From NCBI GenBank assembly GCA_965215185.1, contig OZ244034.1:2016001-2080000 (forward strand): 64,000 nt of DNA, written 5' to 3'. Below are positions 10,547-19,720 of the stretch, piece by piece. Each line of letters starts with the position of its first letter. Position 1 is the stretch's first letter. The DNA comes from Acidimicrobiia bacterium. Lineage in GTDB: Bacteria; Actinomycetota; Acidimicrobiia; Spongiisociales; ZC4RG35. The translations under genes were made by a program, and so were the position numbers. The notes beneath the pieces are model-generated. The model worked only from the letters and a program-made list of their open reading frames with translations, ran no database searches and had not been told where the DNA came from.

Positions 10547-10673
10547 CCTATAGATTCTATACGTTTTTGATATGTTCTATATACATAACACTTCCTACAC
10601 AAGGCACCGACTGATCAAAACCCACAGGTTTTTCCTATAGATTCTATAGCTATTTGATACGTCTTTGATATGT
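10547..10673. promoter_or_regulatory. Duplicated palindromic operator-like sites upstream of fic
   Basis: TATAGA-T-TCTATA at 10549-10561 and CTATAGA-T-TCTATAG at 10635-10649. Second repeated motif ATACGTYTTTGATATGT at 10559-10575 and 10657-10673. Confidence 0.55.
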
Positions 10674-10728
10674 CTCTCGGGCTTTTGCGTCATGTGTCGC
10701 GCCTGAGGCCACAACTAGCCTGAGGCGG

Positions 10729-12120
10729 ATGGACACCGCAGAATTCCGCAAGCACGGGTACCGGCTGATCGACTGGCTCGCCGATTATTGGGAGAACATC
10801 GAGAGCATGCGGATCCTTCCCGACGTCAAGCCGGGTGAGATCCGCTCACGGATGCCTTTGCATGCCCCTGAACGCCCCGAGCCTTTCGATGCCATCATGG
10901 CCGACCTTGACGAGATCGTAATGCCCGGCATCGCTCACTGGCAGTCGCCCGGATGGTTCGCCTTTTTCCCCGCCAACTCCTCCCCTCCGGCGGTGTTGGG
11001 CGAGTTGGCCGCCGCCGGACTGGGCGTGCAGGGGATGATGTGGGCCACCAGTCCGGCCTGCACCGAGGTTGAAGCCCAGGTGATGGACTGGATGGTGGAC
11101 CTGATGGGCTTACCTCAGGGATGGAAGACCACCGGACCGGGCGGCGGAGTGATCCAGGGCAGTTCCTCGGAAGCGACTCATTTGGCGGTAGTGATCGCCC
11201 GTCACATCAATTCCCGCCGGGCGTCCGCCGACGATCTGGTGGCCTACACCTCGGCCCAGGCACACTCCTCGGTGGAGAAAGGCGTTCGAGTGGCGGGAGT
11301 GGGCCATCTGCGACTGGTGGAGACGGACGCCGTGCAACAAATGTCCCCCGCGGCTCTTTCCCAGGCGATCACCGCCGACCGAGCGGGTGGATTGACTCCG
11401 GCATTTGTGGCGAGCACAGTGGGCACCACCGGCACCACCGCAGTGGATCCCCTGCGCGCCATTGGCGAGATCGCCCGCTCGGAGGGTATGTGGCACCATG
11501 TGGACGCGGCCTTTTCGGGCACGGCCATGATCTGTCCCGAGTTCCGCCATTATCAGGATGGTTTGGAGTTGGTGGACAGCTATGTCTTCAACCCCCACAA
11601 ATGGATGTTCACCAATTTCGACTGCTCTGCCATGTACTGGGCAGACCGGCGCCCGGTTATCGAAGCTCTCAGCATCACCCCGCCGTATCTTCGCAACCAG
11701 GCCACCGCAGGAGGGGAAGTGATCGACTACCGCGACTGGCAGGTGCCGTTGGGAAGACGCTTTCGGGCCCTGAAGCTGTGGTTCGTACTCCGCTCCTACG
11801 GCGCGGAAGGGATCCGGGAAGTTGTTCGGGAACACATCCGTCTCGCCCGCTGGCTGACCGAGAACATTGAGGCCCATCCTCATCTCGAGTTGGTGGCGCC
11901 CACCACCTTTTCCCTGGTCTCTTTCCGTCATAGCGGGAGCGATGAACAAACCTCCCGGCTGGCGGAAGGGATCAACTCTTCCGGCTGGGCATACGTAACC
12001 GCCTCGGTTCTGGGTGATCGTCCTTTCATCCGGGTGTCTATCGGCCAGACCAACACCGTAGCCCGCCATGTCCAGCGTCTCTGGGAAATGATCGAGCTAC
12101 TCACCAAGGAGGATGCATGA
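10729..12120 (+). CDS. Aromatic-L-amino-acid decarboxylase (group II PLP-dependent, DDC-like)
   Basis: HWQSP.WFAFFP, WATSPACTEVE, AHSSVEK, HVDAA, FNPHKW (PLP lysine), WQVPLGRRFRALKLW. Confidence 0.9.
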   Translation: MDTAEFRKHGYRLIDWLADYWENIESMRILPDVKPGEIRSRMPLHAPERPEPFDAIMADLDEIVMPGIAHWQSPGWFAFFPANSSPPAVLGELAAAGLGVQGMMWATSPACTEVEAQVMDWMVDLMGLPQGWKTTGPGGGVIQGSSSEATHLAVVIARHINSRRASADDLVAYTSAQAHSSVEKGVRVAGVGHLRLVETDAVQQMSPAALSQAITADRAGGLTPAFVASTVGTTGTTAVDPLRAIGEIARSEGMWHHVDAAFSGTAMICPEFRHYQDGLELVDSYVFNPHKWMFTNFDCSAMYWADRRPVIEALSITPPYLRNQATAGGEVIDYRDWQVPLGRRFRALKLWFVLRSYGAEGIREVVREHIRLARWLTENIEAHPHLELVAPTTFSLVSFRHSGSDEQTSRLAEGINSSGWAYVTASVLGDRPFIRVSIGQTNTVARHVQRLWEMIELLTKEDA

Positions 12121-12755
12121 ACGGCAAAGTTGTGATGATCAACCCCAACAGCACCGAGTACATCACCCGGCAGTTGGCCAAAGCCGCCTCCGAGTCGGTC
12201 GATTCCGACCTGGAGGTGGAGGTACTAACCAACCGGGAGGGTCCGGCAGCCATCGAGTGCGACCAGGATGTGATTGATTCGGTCTCCTCCATGCTGGAGA
12301 CCCTCCGCAGTCACCCCGCCGATGCCTACGTGGTCGGGTGTTTTTCAGACCCCGGCCTCGCTGCGGCCCGCCAGGAGTTTTCGTCGCCGGTGTTCGGAAT
12401 CGCTGAGTCTTCCATCTGGGCGGCCTTGCAGATCTCCCCTTCGGTAGGCATCATCGCCGGGCTGGACAAAGCCATCCCCCGCCATCAGATCTACTGGGAG
12501 AAGCTGGGCGCCACCGAGAACATAGTGGGAGAGATTGCCTGCGGGCGGGGGGTGCTGGACCTGGAAAGCGAGGAGGCCTACCAGGATGTGCTGGCCGCCG
12601 GAACCCGGCTTCGGGAGGCACAAGCCGAAGTTCTGGTGCTGGGGTGCGCGGGCATGACCAAGATGGCGGATAGGCTGGCTGGCGACCTCGGAATCCCGGT
12701 GGTGGAACCCTGCCGAGCGGCCCTCCAGAGAGCTGCAAGCGCCCTGTCACAATAG
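12117..12755 (+). CDS. Asp/Glu/hydantoin racemase family protein
   Basis: INPNST, GCFSDPG and LGCAGM two-cysteine motifs; ATGA overlap with the decarboxylase. Confidence 0.85.
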   Translation: MNGKVVMINPNSTEYITRQLAKAASESVDSDLEVEVLTNREGPAAIECDQDVIDSVSSMLETLRSHPADAYVVGCFSDPGLAAARQEFSSPVFGIAESSIWAALQISPSVGIIAGLDKAIPRHQIYWEKLGATENIVGEIACGRGVLDLESEEAYQDVLAAGTRLREAQAEVLVLGCAGMTKMADRLAGDLGIPVVEPCRAALQRAASALSQ

Positions 12756-12782
12756 CGGCAAGCCCCTGATAATCTCGGCCCT

Positions 12783-13238
12783 ATGACTCTCATCACCCAC
12801 CCCCATCCGACCCGTATCAAAGCGGTCACCGTTGATGCCGCAGATCCGAACAAACTGGCTCAGTTCTGGGGCTTCGCCCTGGGGTATGTTCTGCAGCCGC
12901 CTCCTGAGGGATTTGAAACGTGGGAGGCGTTCGCAGACGCTTTGGACCTGTCGGCAGAAGAACGGGAACGCTACTCGGCAGTCATTGATCCGCACGGGGT
13001 GGGGCCGAGGATCTTGTTCCAAAAGGTTCCGGAGAAAAAGATCGTCAAGAACCGCTGGCATCTTGACATCGACATCATCGACCGCTCACTGCCTGAAGAC
13101 CAACACGACCGAAACCGGGAAGCCAGAATCTCGGCTTTGATCAAAAGAGGTGCCACCGAGGTGGCCCGATTCGATGAGCCGGTGGGCAAATGGGTGGTGA
13201 TGACCGACCCCGAGGGCAACGAATTCTGCGTCCTGTAG
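12783..13238 (+). CDS. VOC/glyoxalase-like family protein
   Basis: DAADP..LAQFW..ALGY, FQKVPE.K..KNRWHLD, TDPEGNEFCV. Confidence 0.9.
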   Translation: MTLITHPHPTRIKAVTVDAADPNKLAQFWGFALGYVLQPPPEGFETWEAFADALDLSAEERERYSAVIDPHGVGPRILFQKVPEKKIVKNRWHLDIDIIDRSLPEDQHDRNREARISALIKRGATEVARFDEPVGKWVVMTDPEGNEFCVL

Positions 13239-13341
13239 CCCGCGGGATGGCTTGACCTAACCGCCCCCCGAGATTTACCTCCTGAAAGGTTGGGTTTCGT
13301 TCCCCTGACGGAGGGCCTCGAAAAACGCTAGTGTGCCATTA

Positions 13342-14970
13342 ATGTCGAGTGTCTCCTCCCAGGTAGATCGCAGCCGAACCGCGGCCATATACCTGCTGGT
13401 ATCGGTGCTGGGGATCTCGGTGGTACCTCTTGCCATGGTGGTGGCGGGGGCGCCTGACAGCCCGTTTCTCTTTGGAGCCTTCCTATCGGGAGGCACATCG
13501 ATAGGCGCTCTGGTCTTTCTGAGGGCCAGGTACGGATCGCTGCTGCGCGATCCCCGCATTGTTGCCCTCATCCGAAAGAATATGGTCAGTTGGCCGATGC
13601 TCTTCATCCTGCTCGGCACTTTCGATTTCACCTTCTTCGCCTGGGCCACCAGGTTCATCGACGCCACCGTGGCCACCATATTGTGGGGGTGCTGGCCGAT
13701 CGTCTTCGTGTTCCTTCTCAGCCGGGTTTTCAAAGGCAGACAAGCGGGGCCGTCGCGATATCGGCGGGTCACGGCTTCGCTGGTGGTGCTGATGGTCTTC
13801 AGCCTGATTGGCCTGGCCTACGTGGTGTTGGCTCAATCGAGCACGCAGAATCGCTTAGATTGGACATCGGACTCGTCCTATATCGGCTTCGCCCTGGTCC
13901 TGGCCAGCGGAGTACTGATCTCTTTCAATATCTTCTCCTTTTCATGGGCGGCGGCCATGGCCCGCAAATGCCAGGCCCGAAGCGACTCGACAGATACCCG
14001 CAGCATGGAGTTGTTCTTCATCACCGTGGTGATATGTCTCAGCAATGCTTTCACCGCCCCCGCAAAGATAGCCTTCAGCCTGGCCGCATCCGAAGGGATG
14101 CAACTGGATGTCATCCTGGTTGGACTGATCCTCGGCGCCACCCTCCGGGTCGGGAGTTCCATCCTCTGGCGTCATGCCAACCTGATCACCCGCGCCCTCG
14201 GCATCAATGCCCTGGGTTATGCGGAGCCGGTGTTCGCAGTGCTATGGCTGGCGTTGTTCTGGGAAGTCAACATACCGCGGGTCGATTACCTGATCATCGG
14301 AACCTGCGCCATCATTTCCGCGAACATCCTGATCAATTCGGAAGTCGAGATCGGACCAGGTTTCAAGTCGGCCATATTGTCTTTGTGGGCGGCGGGGACG
14401 GTTGTGTACTTCCGTGACCAGGGCCCTTCATGGGGAAGCGAAAAGTACTTCGGCTCATTGATCCTGCTGGCCGGCGTTTTCATCCTGGTTTTGAGTCTTC
14501 GCCTGGCAAGTGCCTCCTCTGCCACTTCCGGGAGACACGCCCTGTCCGACCCACATTCGTCGAAGAAGGGACACTTGGCCCCCACGCCGACCCTGGTTCG
14601 AAGCCGCCTTGACCCGGTGCAGCTTCTCACCATGATCGTATACGGCGCCGCGGCTGTTTCCTTGGCGGTGTTCGTGCGTCCCGTTCTGACGGGATGGACG
14701 GGATGGACAGGATGGCTGGCTGAGATGTTCACGGTTCTTTTCTCCACAGCAATCGTGTCTTCCGCCTTCCACGCCTATCGGGGGAATCTCAATAACCGAA
14801 TGCGGCCTGCCACAGAAGCCGTGAACGGAGAGGTCTTGGGCTCGGCGCACGCCGTCTGGGAGGAAAGACACCGCCGGATTGCGGTCTGGACTGCCACCCT
14901 GGTTGCAGTGGGGATATGTCTTTCCTTCGTCTACCTGCTTTGGGACAAGTGGCTGAGCGCGGGCGGCTAG
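13342..14970 (+). CDS. EamA/DMT-like multi-pass membrane protein with extra C-terminal TM region
   Basis: Ten DMT-like TM helices (DATVATILWGCWPI, NALGYAEPVFAVLW) plus about five more. ATG 13342 sits 7 nt after TAGTGT. Confidence 0.6.
   Translation: MSSVSSQVDRSRTAAIYLLVSVLGISVVPLAMVVAGAPDSPFLFGAFLSGGTSIGALVFLRARYGSLLRDPRIVALIRKNMVSWPMLFILLGTFDFTFFAWATRFIDATVATILWGCWPIVFVFLLSRVFKGRQAGPSRYRRVTASLVVLMVFSLIGLAYVVLAQSSTQNRLDWTSDSSYIGFALVLASGVLISFNIFSFSWAAAMARKCQARSDSTDTRSMELFFITVVICLSNAFTAPAKIAFSLAASEGMQLDVILVGLILGATLRVGSSILWRHANLITRALGINALGYAEPVFAVLWLALFWEVNIPRVDYLIIGTCAIISANILINSEVEIGPGFKSAILSLWAAGTVVYFRDQGPSWGSEKYFGSLILLAGVFILVLSLRLASASSATSGRHALSDPHSSKKGHLAPTPTLVRSRLDPVQLLTMIVYGAAAVSLAVFVRPVLTGWTGWTGWLAEMFTVLFSTAIVSSAFHAYRGNLNNRMRPATEAVNGEVLGSAHAVWEERHRRIAVWTATLVAVGICLSFVYLLWDKWLSAGG
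14688..14714 (+). repeat. In-frame 9-bp tandem repeat x3
   Basis: GACGGGATG GACGGGATG GACAGGATG encodes TGWTGWTGW. Confidence 0.7.
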
Positions 14971-15139
14971 CCGTGGGGTGTCTCCAACTGGGCGGCATCG
15001 ATTCGGATAGGACGCAGATCGGCCTGTTGCGCGTGCCTTAAGCCGGACAATAAACAGGCCCGGCGATAGGCATCCTTGGTGAGTGGTTGCGGAATACCAT
15101 GGAACTACAAGTGCAACCCACCACGAAGGAGAGGTCAAG

Positions 15140-16096
15140 ATGAATTTCGAAGATCGCCTTGATGAGCAAAGCAAAGCCGTTTTGGAGATGATCCCCGAGA
15201 GCCTGCTGGATCTATCTGACATTCCTGCTGCTCGGGCTGCTATCGACGGCATGATGGCTGCGATGTTTGCCTCCGCTCCGGATGTCCCGGGAGTGGATGT
15301 GGAAGACCATTGGGTGCCGGGAGCTCCCGGAGACCCTGATGTGATGGTCCGTGTCTACACCCCAACCAGTGTCGAGAAACCGGTCCCTGGCATGTATTGG
15401 ATCCACGGTGGGGGGATGGTGCTCGGGGATGTTTCCATGAACGACCTCGATCGCAAGGCAGTGGCCGTCGAGATGGGATGTGTGGTGGCGTCGGTGGAAT
15501 ACCGGCTGGCGCCCGAGCATCCGCACCCGGCGCCGATAGAGGACTGCTATGCGGGATTGAAGTGGTTCGCGGACAACTCTGAGAGTTTGGGAGTGGATCG
15601 GGGGCGGATCGCCATCGGCGGCGCCTCGGCAGGTGGCGGGTTGGCCGCGGCTTTGGCTCTATTGGCCAGAGACCGGGAAGAGGTGGAGATCATCTTCCAG
15701 CAACTCATCTATCCCATGCTGGACGACCGGAATATCACACACTCCAGCCACTATGTCCAGCACCCCAAGGTGTGGAACCGAAACGCCAACATTGCCGGGT
15801 GGAGCGCTCTGTTGGGAAAGCCGGCCGGCTCCGACGACGTATCGCCATACGCCTCACCAGCCAGAGCCGAAGACCTGTCGGGCTTGCCCCCGGCATTCAT
15901 CATCGTGGGTGAACTCGACCTCTTCTTGGATGAGGACATCGAGTACGCGCAGCGGCTAATACAGGCGGGCGTCCCCACCGAGTTGCATGTGTTCCCTGGG
16001 GCTTTCCACGGAAGCGATCTCATGGTGCCGTCCGAGAACAGCCAGAGATGGGCGGCAGTGACAACGGCAGCATTACGTCAGGCTCTTCACAGCTAA
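15140..16096 (+). CDS. Alpha/beta hydrolase, hormone-sensitive-lipase-like esterase
   Basis: HGGG, YRLAPEHP, GASAGG nucleophile, DLFLDE, GAFHG; RBS GAAGGAGAGG upstream of ATG 15140. Confidence 0.9.
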   Translation: MNFEDRLDEQSKAVLEMIPESLLDLSDIPAARAAIDGMMAAMFASAPDVPGVDVEDHWVPGAPGDPDVMVRVYTPTSVEKPVPGMYWIHGGGMVLGDVSMNDLDRKAVAVEMGCVVASVEYRLAPEHPHPAPIEDCYAGLKWFADNSESLGVDRGRIAIGGASAGGGLAAALALLARDREEVEIIFQQLIYPMLDDRNITHSSHYVQHPKVWNRNANIAGWSALLGKPAGSDDVSPYASPARAEDLSGLPPAFIIVGELDLFLDEDIEYAQRLIQAGVPTELHVFPGAFHGSDLMVPSENSQRWAAVTTAALRQALHS

Positions 16097-16182
16097 AGTG
16101 CCCACCCGAACCTGGCAAGACACTTGCGGAGCATCAGGTGTGGGGTTGTGCAATCTTGCTGCTCCTTGCTCCCTCCGGCGAC

Positions 16183-16500
16183 TCAAATCGGTCCTTTGTA
16201 TGCCGCAATAAGGGAGAATCCTTCGGTGCGGTACTTGCGGGTGGTGATGATGGGATGCTCGAGGTCGGCCTCTTCGAAGTTGCAGTAGCGTCAATGTATC
16301 AAGAAGGATGTTCCTTTGCTGGCGCGTCGGAAGTTTGAGATGCGGCGGATCAATTCATCGTGCGGTCCGCAGACCAACTCGGGCCACCAGGATTGCTGGG
16401 CCTATCCCAGGGTGGTGTTCACCAGGGTCAGACCTCTTTCCAGTTGCTCGAGCCAATCCGCCCTGGGGCGACGGAGAGCATTGGTGCGCACTCTGAACAG
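16183..16500 (-). pseudogene. Possible decayed coding frame of unknown family
   Basis: One minus-strand frame with mostly G/C third codon positions, interrupted by TAG (16402-16404) and TGA (16291-16293). Confidence 0.3.
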
Positions 16501-16624
16501 ACAGACCGCCTGCCGCAGATTTCGGAACACGAGATGTGGCCAAAAGTCAACTGGTACCGTCGCTACAACTTCGCGATACGACAGGCTAACGGAACACGCC
16601 TTTCAGCGAGACCAGCAGACCGGA

Positions 16625-18106
16625 TCAGGGAATCAGACCCGCCGCGGCGTCGCCGAAAAAGGCTGCTATTCCTGGAAAGACACCTACCACTACCACCACC
16701 ACCAGCGACAGGGCCATGGCCAGGCTCAAAGGGCCGGTCGGACCGGTTTCGGTGTCCTCGGGGATCGACTTGGGCGCCTTATCGAACCAGGCGCTCTTCA
16801 CCACCCGGGCGTAGTAGTAGAAGGCCAACACCGCATTCACCGCGGCGATCACCGCCAGCCAGGTTCCCGCCGCGCCGGTGGATAAGAGCACCGACCGGAA
16901 CATTACGAACTTGGCGAACCACCCGGCCAGAGGAGGAAGCCCGGCCAAGGAGAGGAAGAACACCGCCAGCATCACTCCCAGACGGGGCGCATAGGAACCC
17001 AGACCCGCCCAGTCGGAGATCTCATAGCTTCCGATGCGACGCCCGGCGGCGATCACCACCGCAAAGGCGCCCAGGTTCATCACCGCGTAGATCACCAGAT
17101 AGACGACCGTGGCGCTCAACCCTTCCGCCAATCCGTCCTGGGCAATCGCCGCTCCGGCGAAAGGAACCAGCATGAATCCGGCCTGCGCCACCGACGAATA
17201 GGCCAAAAGGCGGATCACATGAGTCTGGCGCAGAGCAGAGAGGTTGCCCACGGTCATGGAGGCGGCCGCCATCAACCACAGGGCCGGCCCCCAGAACTCG
17301 GTGGCGGCCGGTAACGCCAGATAGACCACCACCAGCATGGCCACGAACCCGGCCAGCTTGGAGGAAACCGACAGGTAGGCGGTGACGGGAGGAGGAGAAC
17401 CCTGATAGGTGTCAGGCGCCCAGAAGTGAAAGGGGACGGCCGACACCTTGAAGCCGAACCCCACCAGGATCAGCATCACCGCCAATCCCAGCACCGGTTC
17501 GGACGCCAGTCCGCCCGCCGCGATAGCTTCCCGGATCCCGTCGAAGGCGAGTTCACCGGTGAGGCCGAAGAGAAGCGAGATCCCATAGAGCATCAGACCG
17601 GTGGACAACACCCCAATTATGAAGAACTTGAGGGAGGCCTCGTTGGAACGTAGGTCGCCCTTCCGCCATCCCGCCAGCAAGAAGAGCGGCCCGGTGGTCA
17701 GCTCCAGAGCCACGAACAGCACCACCAGATCCCGCGCCGAGGTCAAGACCATGGAGCCCAACAGGGAAGAGAGCAGCAACAGGTAATACTCACCCTGGTA
17801 GTAGCGATCCGACTCCACATAGGAGACCGAGATCAACAGCACCAGGTAGGCGGCGACTAGGAACACGCCTTTGAGCACCAGCGCGAAGGGATCGACCACA
17901 TAGGAGCCGTCGAACATCGAATACTGCTCGCCGGAGACCGCCAGGAGGATCACCGGCACCATGGCCAGGGTGGTTCCCACCACCGCTAGGGCCGCTACCC
18001 AGTATTTGCGATCCCGGGGCAGGAAGAGATCGACCGCCAGCACCACCAATAGCGTCACCGCCACCACCAACTCGGGCGCAATGGCCAGGTAGTCGATGTG
18101 CGGCAT
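16625..18106 (-). CDS. nuoN: NADH-quinone oxidoreductase subunit N
   Basis: EASLKFF, GFKVSAVPFHFWAPDTYQG, RLLAYSSVAQAG, LAGLPPLAG. Confidence 0.95.
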   Translation of the reverse strand: MPHIDYLAIAPELVVAVTLLVVLAVDLFLPRDRKYWVAALAVVGTTLAMVPVILLAVSGEQYSMFDGSYVVDPFALVLKGVFLVAAYLVLLISVSYVESDRYYQGEYYLLLLSSLLGSMVLTSARDLVVLFVALELTTGPLFLLAGWRKGDLRSNEASLKFFIIGVLSTGLMLYGISLLFGLTGELAFDGIREAIAAGGLASEPVLGLAVMLILVGFGFKVSAVPFHFWAPDTYQGSPPPVTAYLSVSSKLAGFVAMLVVVYLALPAATEFWGPALWLMAAASMTVGNLSALRQTHVIRLLAYSSVAQAGFMLVPFAGAAIAQDGLAEGLSATVVYLVIYAVMNLGAFAVVIAAGRRIGSYEISDWAGLGSYAPRLGVMLAVFFLSLAGLPPLAGWFAKFVMFRSVLLSTGAAGTWLAVIAAVNAVLAFYYYARVVKSAWFDKAPKSIPEDTETGPTGPLSLAMALSLVVVVVVGVFPGIAAFFGDAAAGLIP

Positions 18107-18110
18107 TCGC

Positions 18111-19697
18111 TCAGCCTCCGATGACTGACCGGAAGGCCGTGTCCACCAGACTCGTCACCGCGTCGGCGGTAACCCCCAGCACCAGCTTGGGATAGACCCC
18201 CACCGCCACGATCAACACGATCAGGGGGACCCAGGCGATCATTTCATAGCGGTCGACATCGTGGAACTTTCTTCCCTTCCACTCGGCGGATGGCTCACCA
18301 AGGTTGACCTTCTGCAGCATCCACAGCATGTACCCCGCAGTGAGCACCGTACCGATGGCGCCGATCACCATGGCGGTGCGGAAAAAGCCGGTGGAAAGGC
18401 CCGGCAACGGCTGGTAGGAACCCAACAGGGCCATGAATTCACCCCAGAAACCGGCTAGGCCGGGCAGGCCCAGGCTGGCCATGGCCGTGAACCCCAGTAT
18501 CCCGCCCAGCATGGGCATCAGCTTGAGGTTGCCACCCAGCCGAGACATCTCCCGGGTGTGGTAACGATGATGCATCGACCCGGCCAGGAAGAAGAGCAGA
18601 CCCGTGATCAGCCCGTGCGCCACCATCCCGATGATGGCGGCGTTGATTCCCACCTCGGTGAGGGTGGCGATGCCCAGCATCACAAATCCCATGTGTCCCA
18701 CCGAGGAAAAGGCTATCAGCCGTTTGAGGTCGGTCTGAGCGAGGCACGCCAATGACCCGTAGATGATGCCGATCACACTCAGCACCGCAATGAACGGCGC
18801 CCACTCCCGGGCGGTATCGGGGAGGATGGGAATGGCGATCCGGATGAAGGCGTACGAACCGAGTTTCAGGAGAATGGCGGCCAGCAGCACCGAACCCACC
18901 GTGGGAGCGGCGGTGTGAGCGTCGGGGAGCCAGGTGTGGAACGGCCACATCGGCACTTTCACCGCGAAGCCCAGGAACATCGCCCCGAACACCAGCCAGG
19001 CGAAGGTCCCCTGGAAGATGAAGCCCCGTCCGATCAGTTCAGGGATGTCGAAGGTGGGGTGAAGCCCCCCGGTACCCGACTTGAAATACAGCGCCAAGAA
19101 GCCCAGCAACATGAAGGCCGAGCCGAACAGGGTGAAAATGAAGAACTTGATGGCGGCATAGAGCCGGGTCTCCACCTCTTTTTTGAACCCGGGGATCTTT
19201 CGCATGGAGCGGTCCCCCCAGATTCCGATCATGAAATACATGGGCAAAAGCACCAGTTCGAAGAAGATGAAGAACAGCACCAGATCCAGGGCCACGAAAG
19301 TCCCGTTCATTCCGGTGGCGAGGATCAGCATCAGACTGAGAAAGGCCCGGGGATTGCGGGGTTCGTCCCAGTGCTTCCAGGAGTAGATGACGCACAGCAC
19401 CACGATCAGAGCCGACAGCACCAGCAGCGGAAGGCTGATCCCGTCCAGTCCGACGTGATAGTTGGCGCCGATCGCCCCGATCCAGGGCAGATCCACTTCA
19501 AACTGGAATTGAGCAGCCGCTCCGTAGTCGAACCGTACGGCCACTATCACCGCCAATAGCAAGGTCACGCCACTCACCAGCAGCGCCCACAGCTTCACCG
19601 CCTCTTCCCGTTCCTTGGGAATGGCCAGCGCCACCAACGCTCCCGCGATCGGCAGGAAGACAATCAGGCTCAGAGCCCAGCTTTCGAACAATTCCAT
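18111..19697 (-). CDS. nuoM: NADH-quinone oxidoreductase subunit M
   Basis: GLDGIS, FFELVLLPMY, KVPMWPFHTWLPDAH, DLKRLIAFSSV.HMG, LPGLAGFWGEF. Confidence 0.95.
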   Translation of the reverse strand: MELFESWALSLIVFLPIAGALVALAIPKEREEAVKLWALLVSGVTLLLAVIVAVRFDYGAAAQFQFEVDLPWIGAIGANYHVGLDGISLPLLVLSALIVVLCVIYSWKHWDEPRNPRAFLSLMLILATGMNGTFVALDLVLFFIFFELVLLPMYFMIGIWGDRSMRKIPGFKKEVETRLYAAIKFFIFTLFGSAFMLLGFLALYFKSGTGGLHPTFDIPELIGRGFIFQGTFAWLVFGAMFLGFAVKVPMWPFHTWLPDAHTAAPTVGSVLLAAILLKLGSYAFIRIAIPILPDTAREWAPFIAVLSVIGIIYGSLACLAQTDLKRLIAFSSVGHMGFVMLGIATLTEVGINAAIIGMVAHGLITGLLFFLAGSMHHRYHTREMSRLGGNLKLMPMLGGILGFTAMASLGLPGLAGFWGEFMALLGSYQPLPGLSTGFFRTAMVIGAIGTVLTAGYMLWMLQKVNLGEPSAEWKGRKFHDVDRYEMIAWVPLIVLIVAVGVYPKLVLGVTADAVTSLVDTAFRSVIGG

Positions 19698-19720
19698 GTA
19701 TCAGTCTCCCATACCGTATC

